A model generated the notes under the pieces. That model was not told the DNA's origin, did no database searches, and saw nothing but the letters and a program-made list of their open reading frames with translations. This document shows, one piece after another, positions 26,868 through 39,156 of a stretch of 64,000 bases of DNA (position 1 is its first letter; the number at the start of each line of letters is the position of its first letter). The stretch lies in the NCBI GenBank assembly GCA_021613535.1, contig CP075495.1:558001-622000 (forward strand), read 5' to 3'. The stretch comes from Adineta vaga. Its lineage: Eukaryota > Animalia > Rotifera. The position numbers were made by a program, and so were the translations under genes.

Positions 26868-27116
26868 CCCCTTCGATCCCGAGATTTTCTTGCGTTCTAT
26901 ATAAGCACGAAAAATAAGAAAAAATCTCTCTCTCGTGCGTTCAATCAGCTGTATTTAAATCGATTCTGATCATAAATACATAAGAAATAAGAATCACGCG
27001 TGTTATAGCTAGTTGAACACCATATGATATTCGTCTTCTTAGAAGACGAAAGAACGAAAAAAGATTTCTCTTGCGTTCTTCATGTCATCTACGAGATGAC
27101 ATCGGGATCGAAAGGG
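26868..27116. mobile_element. piggyBac-like MITE (~250 bp)
   Basis: TTAA|CCCCTTCGATCCCGA ... TCGGGATCGAAAGGG, a 14/15 inverted match. The right-hand TTAA is missing and replaced by a G/T-rich tract. Confidence 0.65.
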
Positions 27117-28217
27117 TGGGTGTAGGTGTGGGTTTGGGTGGGGTGATGATGTGTGTGGGGGTCAAGCTATACTCTTATCCTACACCAAATCGACAACCTG
27201 ATATAAACCTATGAAAACATCTAAATTTGTGCGTGAAAGATCCTAAAATATTGTCAAACATACATCAAGCATACTTAAAAAAAAGAGTTTTTCAAAAACC
27301 CATTGGAAAACTTTTACAGAGTAGGCACCTTCGGAGGGTACTCATTCGATTTGGCATCGAATTTTATTATAGGAAAAAAAATTTTCATTCGATTTGAATG
27401 AAAAAAGGATGTGTTATATCCGAATGACCTCCCCGATTTCCTATACTATCAGTAAAGTGAACTTTTCTCCACAAAGAAAATAGATGAAAACAAAAGCGAT
27501 GCGTAGCTTTATGGAGGATGGTATGAGGGGTAAAACAAAAACAAATTCGCCCTCGCACCTTCCTACAAAAACTAGATGGGTTTACAAGATTCGTCTATTA
27601 ATGCTGCAGTGGAAGATATTAGAAGTGACATCGTAAAAATAATTTTTGAGTTAATACCGGTTTCAGTGCTTTCCTAGTATCAGTTTCTCATGCTGAATCT
27701 GAAAATAATATTTTCAAAAAGCTCCGAGAACAGGAACATAGTGATTTATGCATATTTTGTCAAAAAACCTGTTTTTTCGAAAAACTCAGGTTTTTCAAGA
27801 ATTTTGCGATTTTTGACTACAAAACTACTTCAAAAAAGAATAAAAAGTAGTGCATCGTGATCAGCAGATCACGCTCTATCAAACCATGTGCAAAAAAAAA
27901 CAAAAATAAATTTCACTGAACTTTTGCATTGCGTGCACCTTACAACACTAGCACACTATTACATTTAAATTTATTGTGGTATGCGTCGCATGCCATGCGA
28001 TTATTAAGGATTGCTGCTATTTAATGATATGTATAACATACAAAAACTATCTTGTGTATAGGTGATTTGTTTCATTGAAAAAATGAAATGGCATGTACAT
28101 GAAAACATCGACTTTTCAAATACTCAATTTACATTACACGTAACAAGTATAGTGCGTTTCTCTGAATTAAAGTAGTACAATTCATTCATCTATTTAGTTT
28201 TCATGAACTTACTTATC

Positions 28218-28272
28218 GATACCAATACCAATACCAATACCCCAATACCGTATTGGTATTGTTACATCCCTA
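28218..28272 (-). mobile_element. hAT-like transposon terminus truncating NmrA copy 2
   Basis: Minus strand TAGGGATGTAAC (the maize Ac TIR begins TAGGGATG) followed by GGTATT subterminal repeats. It sits at the point where identity to NmrA copy 1 stops. Confidence 0.6.
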
Positions 28273-29288
28273 GCAATCTTCAAATGTATTGAGATGAGTT
28301 AATTGTTTTCCAGTTGTCCAATCTTTATTTTTTCCATAATAACCATATTGTTCAAACCATTTAAACATATAGAAAAGATCATCTTGAGCTGATTTTGGTA
28401 GAAAACTTGTTGCTCCACGAAATTCTTCTTCTGTTAATGTTTTTGAAATCGATGGAATTCCAGTTACTTTAGTAAATATTTTTGAAACATCTTCAAAACG
28501 AATTTCTTCACTACAAATACAAATATCTTTTCCAACAAATTGTTCTGGATCTTCTAATATTTCACGTACAATTGAACCTGTATCATCGATATCAACTAAA
28601 TGTAACGTCGCTTTTTGATCTAATGGACTAGCAAATACAATTGTTCCATCATCTAATTTTTGTGGTTTTGAAAGAGTTTGCCAATTTTGTATGTAACATC
28701 CTGGTTCAACATAGATCGCTTTTAAATCGGCATATTTTTCTTTAATATAATCACGAATCTTCGCCTTCTGTGCAAAATGTGGTACATGTCTATAGAAGAA
28801 ATAAATATTCATAAACATTTCAATAAAAATGTCATTTCATACGTACAATTTGTCTTCACTTAATTTATCGACATCTTCAACTGTACTGAATATATAATAA
28901 GGAATTTGAAGAGAAGCAGCAATATCAGCCATAAGTTTCCCTTGTTGTACTTCGACTTCAGGTTGATGAGGTTGAGCCCAAAAATCAGTTAAAGCAAATA
29001 TTGCCCATGAATCTTTGAATGCACGTTGAACATCGTCATTTTTATTAATATCACATGCTACCATTTCAATATTATCACTTAAGCGTGCTATCGCTTGTGC
29101 TTTTTCACTTTTTGTATCACGTGTTAAACCTCGAATCTATTTATAAGTGTCACATATGAATAATAATAATAATAATACAAATCTTCAATTCTTACCTTAT
29201 ACTTATCGCTTTCAATCAATGATCGAACAACTGCACCACCTTGTGCACCAGTTGCTCCAACTACCGTCACTAATCGTTTACTAGCCAT
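28270..29288 (-). CDS. NmrA-like protein, copy 2, last ~10 codons replaced
   Basis: Near-identical to 12767-13778 including introns. Ends TFEDC* instead of TFEDWLKKTGWKGE*. Confidence 0.85.
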
Positions 29289-30031
29289 TTTGTACGATAA
29301 AAATCATTTTCAAACGATGTTTATATACAAGAATATTCGAGGTCACGAACGGATAGTACGATTAGTTACGGTATACACGTGTGGCAGAACGAACAAAAAA
29401 GATGTAAACATATCGTTAGAGCGTCAAAGTGAAAGATATTTATGTACACGAGTGATATGTATAAAACCGCAGTTTTATGCTTTTGAAATTTTGAATCGTC
29501 AGTTGGTAAGTTGAAAAATGTGAGTAACTGGAGTAAACTGAAATTTACTGTTGTGTATAATTTGTGAATTTTTTTAGTAAACGGAAAGATTAATTTCACA
29601 AAATGAATATCTATTAAAATAATAAAACAACAGAAACAAAATTTTCAGTACATAAATTAACCCATCTAAAAAAATTGAAAAAAGGTTACAATTATATCTA
29701 ATCAGCTAGAAATAGTATAGTATCTGTATTCAGGATTCAACATATTATAGAAAATATTGTTATTTTGAAATAAAAGTCTAAGAATTTCAAATCGAATCAT
29801 TGATGTGAGTTTAAAACTTGTATTTCGATTTTAAACTGATGAAAATCAGTAAAGTACTGTAGAAATAAGGCTTGATATGTATAATCAAACAGTAGTATTA
29901 TTGATAATATACATTCAATGAATTTGACAACATTTAATCTTAATACGTGTCTTTTATAGTGAGAGCAAAAATGAAGTAACCGATGTGAATAAACATTGTA
30001 GTTTTATCTCTTATTTTAGAAAAAAGTCTAA

Positions 30032-31479
30032 ATGGCCATGGCTTCGAATACTGATAACCAATTACAATGTCTAAGAATGATACGACTTGTGAAAGCCTTA
30101 TCAAATAATGAATCAACTCGCGAAAAAATGAAAAGTGGTCTTGTGAAAATTTCTACTGTTAAAGGTTTTACAAACATAATGGAAAGATTAAAGATAGATT
30201 TTCAATCATGTATATGTGTATCTTCCCTCAGAGAAGCAGTAGACAACACCTCGCTACAACAAATGCAAATAATATCTGCGGAATACGATGATGTTGATAA
30301 ATGTATTCATGATATCGAATCGTCTATAGATAATAACGTTGTTCTCCTATTATTCGATCATCATGTTAACAACATAAATATTGTCCCACAACTAAGATTA
30401 CTTTCAAATGTCAAGAAAATATATCGATGTCTTTTCGAACATGAACCAAATGAACCAGAAAGCTCACTTGATACACCTTCTAAAATTCTGATTCAAAATT
30501 TGGATTTTTCTGGTCTAATGGCACTTACACATGTCTTTTTTATTGATCTTGCGAGAGATATTCCACAATCGAATCAGACTATAGAAGATTTTATTAATTA
30601 TTGTCAACTATTATATAAAGATAGACCAAACTATTCAAATTATAGAGAACAAATGAAACATTTTAAAGCGAATTACGGCCAGAATAAAGCACTGACATGG
30701 TATACAATGCCTGATTCTTTCATCTCTCGGATTGTATGTAGAACATGCGCCACGCTTGATTTTAAAGCATTACCAAAAGTTAGCTTTCTACTATACGATC
30801 TATATACACAACTTAAACAACTTCATGCGCGTCAAATAGAATCAAATAAGTTACAGTCAGGTTTCTTTGTATATCGAGGTGCAAAAATCTCCGAAACTGA
30901 ACTTAGTCAATTCAACAATGAAGGAAATTTATTTGTTACCAGAAGTTTCTTGTCTACTTCAACGAATGGACGTGTGGCGAATATATACGGTGGAGAACAA
31001 TTAGATCCTCACGATGGAATACCAGTGATGTTTCGAATCCGTATTGACTATGTTAATATACACGATAAGCCTATTGCATATCTTGATGAAATCAGTAGTA
31101 TTCCAGATGAGGAGGAAGTCATGCTTCCTATGGGTATCGTCCTTCGACTAAAATCATGTAAAGAAAACGAAGATGATTCGAACTATGTATGGGACATTGA
31201 AATGATTCGTGGTGAGGATGAGGCAAATCTGGATAAAGATCCAACTGAATTCGTTAACTTGATAAATGCGGAGAGTAATTATCTGTTTCTTGTTGAAAGC
31301 ATTTTCTCACCAATAACGAATGATAATCAATTATTTGTGGAATTATTGAATAGCACACCTTCTCCAGCCGATACTTCAGCCGGTCCAATTACTACACAGA
31401 TGAACTTTGTAAGTAACACTTCTCATCTATTTTTGCTCTTTTGTCTATTCATCGTCATTTTTTTAACAAGATATCTTAA
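30032..31479 (+). CDS. R-S-E clade NAD:arginine ADP-ribosyltransferase-domain protein
   Basis: ALTWYT..SF, VYRG, FLSTST and DEEEVMLP give an intact catalytic triad. Probable intron 31409-31470, then a stop at 31477-31479. Confidence 0.85.
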
Positions 31480-32100
31480 GCTATGGTTAGATTAGTACGA
31501 AAAATTGGATATAGTGAAACCTCTCATAGTTGATTCACTCCTCTATAATGGATGGTTCTCAAAATACGACGTGTTAGATTTTGCAGGAAATGAACATCCC
31601 TATAGCAGACATTTGTATATAATTCTATACGATGAAGATTTTGCAAAAGTCTGTTAGTGCTCATAAGAGAAACTCGACTAGATTTTGACAACCATTCAGT
31701 TATCGAGAACAAATATGAATGTGCAAAGAAGTAGTGATAAACAGTAGCGTCTTGTATTGTTCATCAGGAATTTTAATGTTTCTACAATACAAATTTACTT
31801 TGTGTTTGAACGAGCTGTCCCACAAACTCCCTCGCCTGTCTCCAGTGAACGCTTTTCTTACGTTCATAGAAAATCGAAAATATATTTTAGATCAGCTAGT
31901 ACGTGTAGAAGTAAATGTATGATAGATATGCGCTTTACATATCTTCACCGACACCGTCAACTTCATTTGATTTAACATACGATCTTCTTGAATATTATAG
32001 TAAACTAGATTGTGCTTTTCAATCTAGAAAACATTCAAAAAATGTGAGAGAAATCTTTATTGAAGCACGATGATTCTGAAAGTTTTTGATTGAGCTTTAA
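31480..32100 (+). pseudogene. Decayed C-terminal region homologous to the last ~300 aa of the 8509 ORF
   Basis: DSLLY-MDGS vs DALYQLMDGS. 31981-32100 reads DLLEYYSKLDCAFQSRKHSKNVREIFIEAR*F*KFLIEL* and aligns without gaps to DLIAHYTDLGTKYRANNATEQSRNMFSKAKTLCDFIADL*. Confidence 0.7.
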
Positions 32101-32152
32101 TAGAAAATTTAAAAAAATGAAATTCTTTCTATTTGATTTTTTTCTCGTCAAG

Positions 32153-32710
32153 ATATACAATATACGTGATATAACCTACGATTCACATCTCTATTCTCAA
32201 GTCGATCCATGGGTTCTTATACTTGAACAACGAGATGAATCATGGACTCGATTTCCTTTTTATAGTACTAAAAGCATTAAATTCTTACAATATTTTGATA
32301 GTATAACAACTTGTCAAGGTTATATTAGAAATAATCCCACACATCAATTTACATTATTTGTATCTGAAGACTGTATATGCACATGGATTTATAATAATAG
32401 TCCAATTCCAAACAATCTAAAGGATATAATTGTCTATGGAGGAAATAGTGGAAGAATGTTCAAAGTATGGGCAAGACGATATACAAAAAATATAAGAGAA
32501 GTTCTCACATTTGGGCAATTTGAGCAATATTTACTGACGTTTGGATTGAATCATGTTCTAAATGCAGCGAATCACTTCACATCAGATTTCGGTGTATTAA
32601 ATCTATTGAAGAACGATTTTGAAGATATTTGTACCGCATTGGGTCAATATGGGGACAAGACAAAATGGCCGTATGCTGATACACTAGGAATGAGTGTTCA
32701 AGAAACTTGA
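32153..32710 (+). CDS. Paralog of the small partner protein at 10896 (start codon reads ATA)
   Basis: After TTTTTTTCTCGTCAAG the frame reads IYNIRDITYDS, versus MPSIRDIQFDS in the paralog. The frame is open to 32710. Confidence 0.6.
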   Translation: MYNIRDITYDSHLYSQVDPWVLILEQRDESWTRFPFYSTKSIKFLQYFDSITTCQGYIRNNPTHQFTLFVSEDCICTWIYNNSPIPNNLKDIIVYGGNSGRMFKVWARRYTKNIREVLTFGQFEQYLLTFGLNHVLNAANHFTSDFGVLNLLKNDFEDICTALGQYGDKTKWPYADTLGMSVQET

Positions 32711-33502
32711 ATAGAACTGTTGATTAATTATTCGCTCTATCAATTGAAAGTTTTTAAAGAGAAAATGATTAAATGAACAATCGATATTCTTTCTTTCTAT
32801 TTTAGATGAACGATATAATTTTCGATCCAATCTATTCTGATAGAAAACTAGCAATCGCATTATTTTATAGTAAAAATGAACGGCCTGTAGTTATTTCTTT
32901 ACCTCGCATGCATTTCTGATGACATTCTTCAAACGTTTATATGAAGTCAAACTCGCTACTAATCATATGAATCGCTATTCTCAATGTTTATTTCAATTAT
33001 ACGCATTCGTCGATAATACAGTAACATGGTCTTCTTTTCTTCAAAATAAAATTTCGCCAAGCAATTTAACCAATATGAAATCTTCTGTCGAGAGACTATA
33101 ATGAACAATATACCAAAACTGGACAAGATGTTATCCACAAATTATCGACGTTTTAACAATTGATCAAGTCAATCGATACTTATCAATATCTGACCTTAAA
33201 CTGGCCGAAAACTTGCGTTTTGAAGTCAAAGAAAATAAGATTTTCATCGACTTCGTCTTGCATTAATCTCTGTACATACAAATCATAGAATTCATTGCGA
33301 AATCAAAAATGATAAAATTCGTCTCATTGCATCTAATCCTCCACGATATTATCGAAACGTCGCTAAAAATCTTTTATTTCTTTAATTGATATTAGTTCAT
33401 GAAAGATTGTCACGAAGATGGATGTAGATATTATTTTAACGGCACTCTGAAAACAGATATCATATAGATGTCATTCCCATCGTATTCACCCACACCCTCA
33501 AG

Positions 33503-34272
33503 ATGAATCTTTTTTCTTTTAATTAGATACGAATTCCATTTGATGGATCCACAGATAGCTACATATGACATGCTTTCTAAACTTTGTTGTATATGTCTCG
33601 AAAATTTACAAGTTAATCGACGATTTAATCGATGGCCATGTCCAAGTAGACATGAATTTCATTTCGATTGTATGTTAAATATCTTACGAGTTGGAAATAA
33701 ATGTCCATTATTTCGACATCCACTTGAACCAGCAAATTCACCTGGAATAGAAACAATTCAATTGACAATTTTGCATTGTTAATGATGGACCGATGATAAA
33801 TGATTTCAATTCATTGAGAATTTGTGTAAAATCAACTCGTCGTTGAAATTTTCATTGTTAAATCTTTTGCACTATCATCTTTATCTTTATAAGTAATATC
33901 AACATGATGTGTATTCTCCTGTACCAAATGTAAAAGCAAGATTTGCTCCACATTTACCAGCTGAAACAATTTGATTACAACCTTGATGATAAATAAATGA
34001 TGTTGAAGTATTATATGAAAATGAACATTCTGTCGTAAATCGAAGTGCTTTTCAATAGAAGAAAATGAAATTGTGTATTGTCTGTTAGATATTTATTTTG
34101 TTAAAAAGAAAATTATGGTAATATTGTGTTTTTATTCTTAGTTATTGACATACAGAATACATGACGTCATATTGACTGAGAAAAAAAATATTGTCTTCAA
34201 ATTTAATAAAGAGAAACTAACTATGGTATTTCTCTATATAATATTCCATAAGGTCGTACATAATTTGAATTG
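33503..34272 (+). repeat. Internally deleted duplicate of 38736-40276 (RING remnant, Ly6-like gene remnant, PARP-like gene 3' end)
   Basis: Collinear high-identity blocks, e.g. CAGATAGCTACATATGACATGCTTTCTAAACTTTG, CAAATGTAAAAGCAAGATTTGCTCCACATTTACCAGC and GTTATTGACATACAGAATACATGACGTC. Confidence 0.9.
33527..33782 (+). pseudogene. RING-H2 finger remnant
   Basis: CCICLE...WPC..RHEFHFDC...L.....CPLFR, with the last Cys lost. The sister copy at ~38890-39090 is frameshifted. Confidence 0.65.
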
Positions 34273-37121
34273 TCACATACCCAAACATATCTATCCTTTG
34301 TTTTTCTGATTGCATCATGTTTAACTCTTACTTGAAACATAATTTGATATCGTTTTCCATTCATATTTAATACTTTTGCATAACGTGTACTACTAGAATA
34401 CAATGGATCAGATGATAAATATATTCCAGATCCATGAAGAGCGCCTTTATGTACAGATATGCCATTGCTGCCTCCTGCAAGCAGTCCATTACGTAATATG
34501 GGTAGAGCATTACCAGTTGCCGTTCCATGATAAGCTACCGGCCATGCATTTCTACCTTCGCCTAACCATGCACTATCGTTATATTTGCCAAGAACTCTAA
34601 TAGCAATACGATACCATCCACAGGGCCGTATATAACGTTCTGGACCTCGATAAAACACTTTTCCTCGATCATTTATAGAGGTGAAATCATAATCATAAAC
34701 TATATCAAGAAATGCCTTATCTAACATGACAACATCTCTTAATCGTGTATTACGTGTTGTAAACTTTGAAAAATGTGATATATATGCAACAATTGAACGT
34801 TGATCATATTTTTCAAATTTAGTATTTGTATCATTTTCCCAACAATTTTTGTCTGGATCATTATTCCAATAACTCAATTGAAGACTTTCAGGACATGCAT
34901 ATTCATATGGTTCATGGATGATAAGTCTTGGACGATGTTCTAATCTTTGAATAAATTTAATATGATTACCAATGAATTCAATAACTGACATAATTCGATT
35001 ATCATTTTCTTGTAAATTTCCTACTTCTGGAATCCAATCTTCTTCTCTCCATACAGTTTTCGGTAGTACTGATGGATTCATTGATAATTCTTCATCTGTT
35101 TCAATGACTTGATATGTGATTATTCGTCGAATAAAATAAACCACAGCACTACTCACGTAAGTATTACTAACTTTACATCGAGGACATTTCATTGTAGTAT
35201 TAGAATCCAAGTGTTCAGAATTTTCTTGACAACAATTATAACAATATAAAGCTGCACAATTTGGATCACGACATAATCGATGTGAACTGGGTATTTTATC
35301 ACATTTCAAGCATTTGAAAACAGAAATTCCTTCTAGTTCAAATCTTCCAATAATAGTCGATCTTTGATAATCAGATAGATTTATTTCTTGATGACATTTT
35401 GGACAACAATGATGACGAATAGAATCATCATAACTTGATTCAATACATTCACGACAAAACACTTGTGTACATTGTGGACATTCTAAATTATCCTCATGTA
35501 ATTCTGATAAACAATTAAAACATTCTGGTTTATTTATTATTGGTAATGAATCTATTGATGGATTATTTATTAATGTAGTTAATCTATAATTATCATAAAA
35601 TTCATCATTTACATTTACATTTTGCATTCTTTCTTCAAGGGTTCGATTTTCAATTGAATCGTGTCGTGTATCAACTAAAATTGATTTTTCAATATTTATT
35701 GATTCATCATTCCAATTATTTGATACTTTAAAATGGGATCGTAAATAAGAAATTCCTGCATAATCATTATCACGTAATAGTACATTCATAACATCAGATG
35801 GAAATCCTAATTCAATTGTACGATTATCACAGAACATTGAACAATAAGAACCAATTGTTTCTGCATATGATTCATTAAATATAATTTTATTATTATTAGC
35901 TGAGATTTTTCCATCAATAATTGTATCAACTTGTGTATTGAATCTAAGATGAATGATAGAACCATAATGAATATTTAATGTTGCCATTGGAGTATAGGAA
36001 TTATTTCTTATGGAATAATATTTTCCATTTGCCATAATACCCTGAGCCCATCGTTGATCAGATGATTGAATTTTGGAAAATTGAGATAATAATAATCGAT
36101 CATAAGGTAATGCAATTAATAATGGATAATCATAAACATTTATTCTTTTTCTTAAAGATAATTTCATTGATTCTAAACCTGAATGATCAATATGAAATAT
36201 TTGTTCTAATAATTTTATTAAATTATCAAAATTCATTTTCATATCTTTTGATAAATTATTATTTTGGATTATTTGAGCAATGATTTTACGTAATTTCTCA
36301 TGTTTTAATGGATGAATTAATCGTGATGAAGGAATAATACCCATTTTTAATTCAATAAAAGGCCAATAATCATTTTTATGTATAACAAAAATATTTTTTA
36401 AATCTGATTGATGATTATCTTCAGTTTTTAATAATTCAATCTGATCAGGTATTAAATGAAAAAGAATTAATTCTAATATTGATATTGATTCTTTTTCATT
36501 TAATAAAGGTTTTGATTCTTTACGTTCTAAAAATAATAATTGACATTTATGTATAACTAATATTCGAAATGATGGTAAAGCCACACGATTTAATCGAAAA
36601 GATATTTTAAGAATTTCTTCAAATAATTCATTATGTTGAACTTCATATGAAATCATAATATTTTCAAATATTAATACATAATCAGCAAGATCAACAGGAA
36701 TTGTTTTTTCATTTCGACCATATAATATTGTCGAAAATATTCGATGAGCATCAGTAACACTTGTTGATTTTGGTAACCAAATTGATTCATATGGATTTTC
36801 ATTATTTTGTGATTGAATAGAATAGATTTCGTATTGAATCATTTCTTCATTAAACATTGTTTTTATATTATTAGTGAATTTAGTTAAAATCGAATCATCA
36901 TTTACTTGTTCAGATGGTTTATTTTTTTGTTCTTCGGATTTTTTAATTGTATCATCAACTAATTTAATATGTTCTCGGGAAGAAAAGGATATAAATTGAT
37001 AACCTTGATTTTCAAATAAGACTTTTAGAAGTTTCTCAGCTGTTCTCGAACTATTGATTCGTTTTTGAATTTCTTCTTCACTTAGATTATTTCTGTTTGA
37101 ACCACTTGTGAGAATATTCAT
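34221..37121 (-). CDS. RING/Zn-finger + C-terminal PARP-like (NEURL4/Gig2-type) ART protein
   Basis: Two Cys clusters (CFNC..CPQC..FCREC..CPKC and CLKC..C..C..YC..C..CPRC), YIRPCGWYRI, WPVAYHGT, GIYLS and VRPYGIL. Likely start is the Met at 37121, after a splice acceptor at ~37150. Confidence 0.85.
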   Translation of the reverse strand: MNILTSGSNRNNLSEEEIQKRINSSRTAEKLLKVLFENQGYQFISFSSREHIKLVDDTIKKSEEQKNKPSEQVNDDSILTKFTNNIKTMFNEEMIQYEIYSIQSQNNENPYESIWLPKSTSVTDAHRIFSTILYGRNEKTIPVDLADYVLIFENIMISYEVQHNELFEEILKISFRLNRVALPSFRILVIHKCQLLFLERKESKPLLNEKESISILELILFHLIPDQIELLKTEDNHQSDLKNIFVIHKNDYWPFIELKMGIIPSSRLIHPLKHEKLRKIIAQIIQNNNLSKDMKMNFDNLIKLLEQIFHIDHSGLESMKLSLRKRINVYDYPLLIALPYDRLLLSQFSKIQSSDQRWAQGIMANGKYYSIRNNSYTPMATLNIHYGSIIHLRFNTQVDTIIDGKISANNNKIIFNESYAETIGSYCSMFCDNRTIELGFPSDVMNVLLRDNDYAGISYLRSHFKVSNNWNDESINIEKSILVDTRHDSIENRTLEERMQNVNVNDEFYDNYRLTTLINNPSIDSLPIINKPECFNCLSELHEDNLECPQCTQVFCRECIESSYDDSIRHHCCPKCHQEINLSDYQRSTIIGRFELEGISVFKCLKCDKIPSSHRLCRDPNCAALYCYNCCQENSEHLDSNTTMKCPRCKVSNTYVSSAVVYFIRRIITYQVIETDEELSMNPSVLPKTVWREEDWIPEVGNLQENDNRIMSVIEFIGNHIKFIQRLEHRPRLIIHEPYEYACPESLQLSYWNNDPDKNCWENDTNTKFEKYDQRSIVAYISHFSKFTTRNTRLRDVVMLDKAFLDIVYDYDFTSINDRGKVFYRGPERYIRPCGWYRIAIRVLGKYNDSAWLGEGRNAWPVAYHGTATGNALPILRNGLLAGGSNGISVHKGALHGSGIYLSSDPLYSSSTRYAKVLNMNGKRYQIMFQVRVKHDAIRKTKDRYVWVCDNSNYVRPYGILYREIP

Positions 37122-39156
37122 TTCTATTGGATTTCGTGAACGATTAATCTGGAAAAAAAAATAGTTTGTTACAAAATAATCGTAAACAATAGAAACCAAG
37201 AATAGGGTGAGAAAAAATTGATTTACCTTTTGTCAACGCGGATTATTGGGATACGATTAGTTGTGACTTACATGTTACCTGTCTCTAAATAATCAACGCG
37301 TAGTTAAAGAGAAAAGCGTGTGCAATTGTATGTGATCATACACGCGTTTCTCTCACGTAAGTAGTCGAAAGTGACGGAACGTGGAGACGCCAACTGCAAA
37401 ACGGACAACATCATATAGATTCTGTTGGATATAATATGATATTAAAATCAGTCGAGAATTGTACCTCCTTGTATATATATATATATATGGATGGAGGAAG
37501 GTTTTTTCCAAGGTTAAAAAGTAATCTTCGAAGAAAAAAACAGGTATGCGTTATTATGAGTCATATTTATTTGCCTCTTCTTTTATGTATTCAACATAAA
37601 TTATATGCGTTCGTTTGATTTTAAAATGGGAAGAACGAGAAAAAGCCATCGAAGATTTTGAGAAGTCATGATTTCTTCTTTGGTATTTTCTAACTTACAT
37701 GCTAAAAGAGTGTAGACATGAAAACATCAAATGAAGTTGATCATGCCGGATGCTTTATATTTTAGACAGAAATTTAATTTCAGCGTCTTTTTAAGTACCG
37801 CCATTTTGAGATGAAATTAGGAGAGAAAAAAAAAGAATGTAACTGACGACATTGAACACTGCGCTGCTTCCAATTTCTACTACAGATGAACATTGCATGG
37901 AGACGGTAGTGGTGATTGTAATGGTATATCACCACTATCACCACTATCACCAACAGAATTCAAACCATATTGTTAATGACAATATGTAATCAACATAATT
38001 CTGTGAAACAAAGAGCATTTTTTTATGTGATATAGTAATAACATCAACTATAATATTAAAATGAATGGCAAGAAGAGAATGAGGTGATAGAGGAGAAGTA
38101 CTTTCATTTTGTATTCAGCTATGAAAAGACGAGACGGACGGCATAAATAGACAGGAAACATAAAATCGATCTATTATTTTTTATTTAAATTAAATAATTT
38201 TCCTCATCAAAATCCACAAAAATTTACTTCAATTCTAATGTCGAAATGTAGTGTTATTGTTGGATATTTTTATGAACCAAAAAATATAAAATATTTTTTA
38301 GATTATGGAACTAGTCATACTTTTACTGATAATGTTCGATTATTCGATAGTTCATGTTCTTATACTCCTTATATTTCTTATTTAGTCGTTGGTATTTTTA
38401 TTTATTTTCTCTTGGAAAATTTACTTCATGTCAAAGAATTGTTCATGACTATTCTCAATTCATCATCACCAAATCAAGATCCATTGGCAATGAAACAATT
38501 AAGAAAATGAGACATAATTTCTTTCGAAGATTTAGATGATCTTCTAATGAAAACAATCTATCGGAATAACTATCAAGATTGTTTATTTATACTTCGTGAT
38601 AAATATTTTGTGATGTTTCCGATCGATTTCAATGAACATTCACCAAAAATTCTCGAACGATTTTGAACACTTAATGGTTTTGAATGAAGAATATCGATAT
38701 AGGTATGTAAAAAAGAAAGTCATGAAAAGTTTTATATGAATCGTTTTCTTTTAATTAGATACGAATGGGATCAAGATTTCTAATTAATGAAGAAATTCAA
38801 TATTAACAATACACGTATGGAAATGATATGAGTAGAATTTTCGACCGAAATACATCAGCATCACCTAATCTCATTGGAAAATTCCGTTTGATGTATCCGC
38901 AGATAGCTACATATGACATGCTTTCTAAACTTTGTTTTATGTCTCCAAAATTTTCAAGTTAATCGACGATTTAATCGATGGCCATGTCCAGGTAGACATG
39001 AATTTCATTTCGATTGTATGTTAAATATCTTATGAGCTGGAAATAAATGTCCATTATGTCAATATCCAGTTGAATCAGCAAATCTACCTAGGATAGAAAC
39101 GATTTTCTCACCTTTTACTCAACGAATAATGTTCAGTTGAAAAAAACTGATATTTT

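Noticed and set aside
27160-28215. Intact transposon upstream of the hAT-like end
   Set aside because: No transposase ORF and no matching second TIR; appears to be mixed debris.
28218-28262. ACCAAT repeats as a CRISPR or telomeric array
   Set aside because: No spacers; better explained as transposon subterminal repeats.
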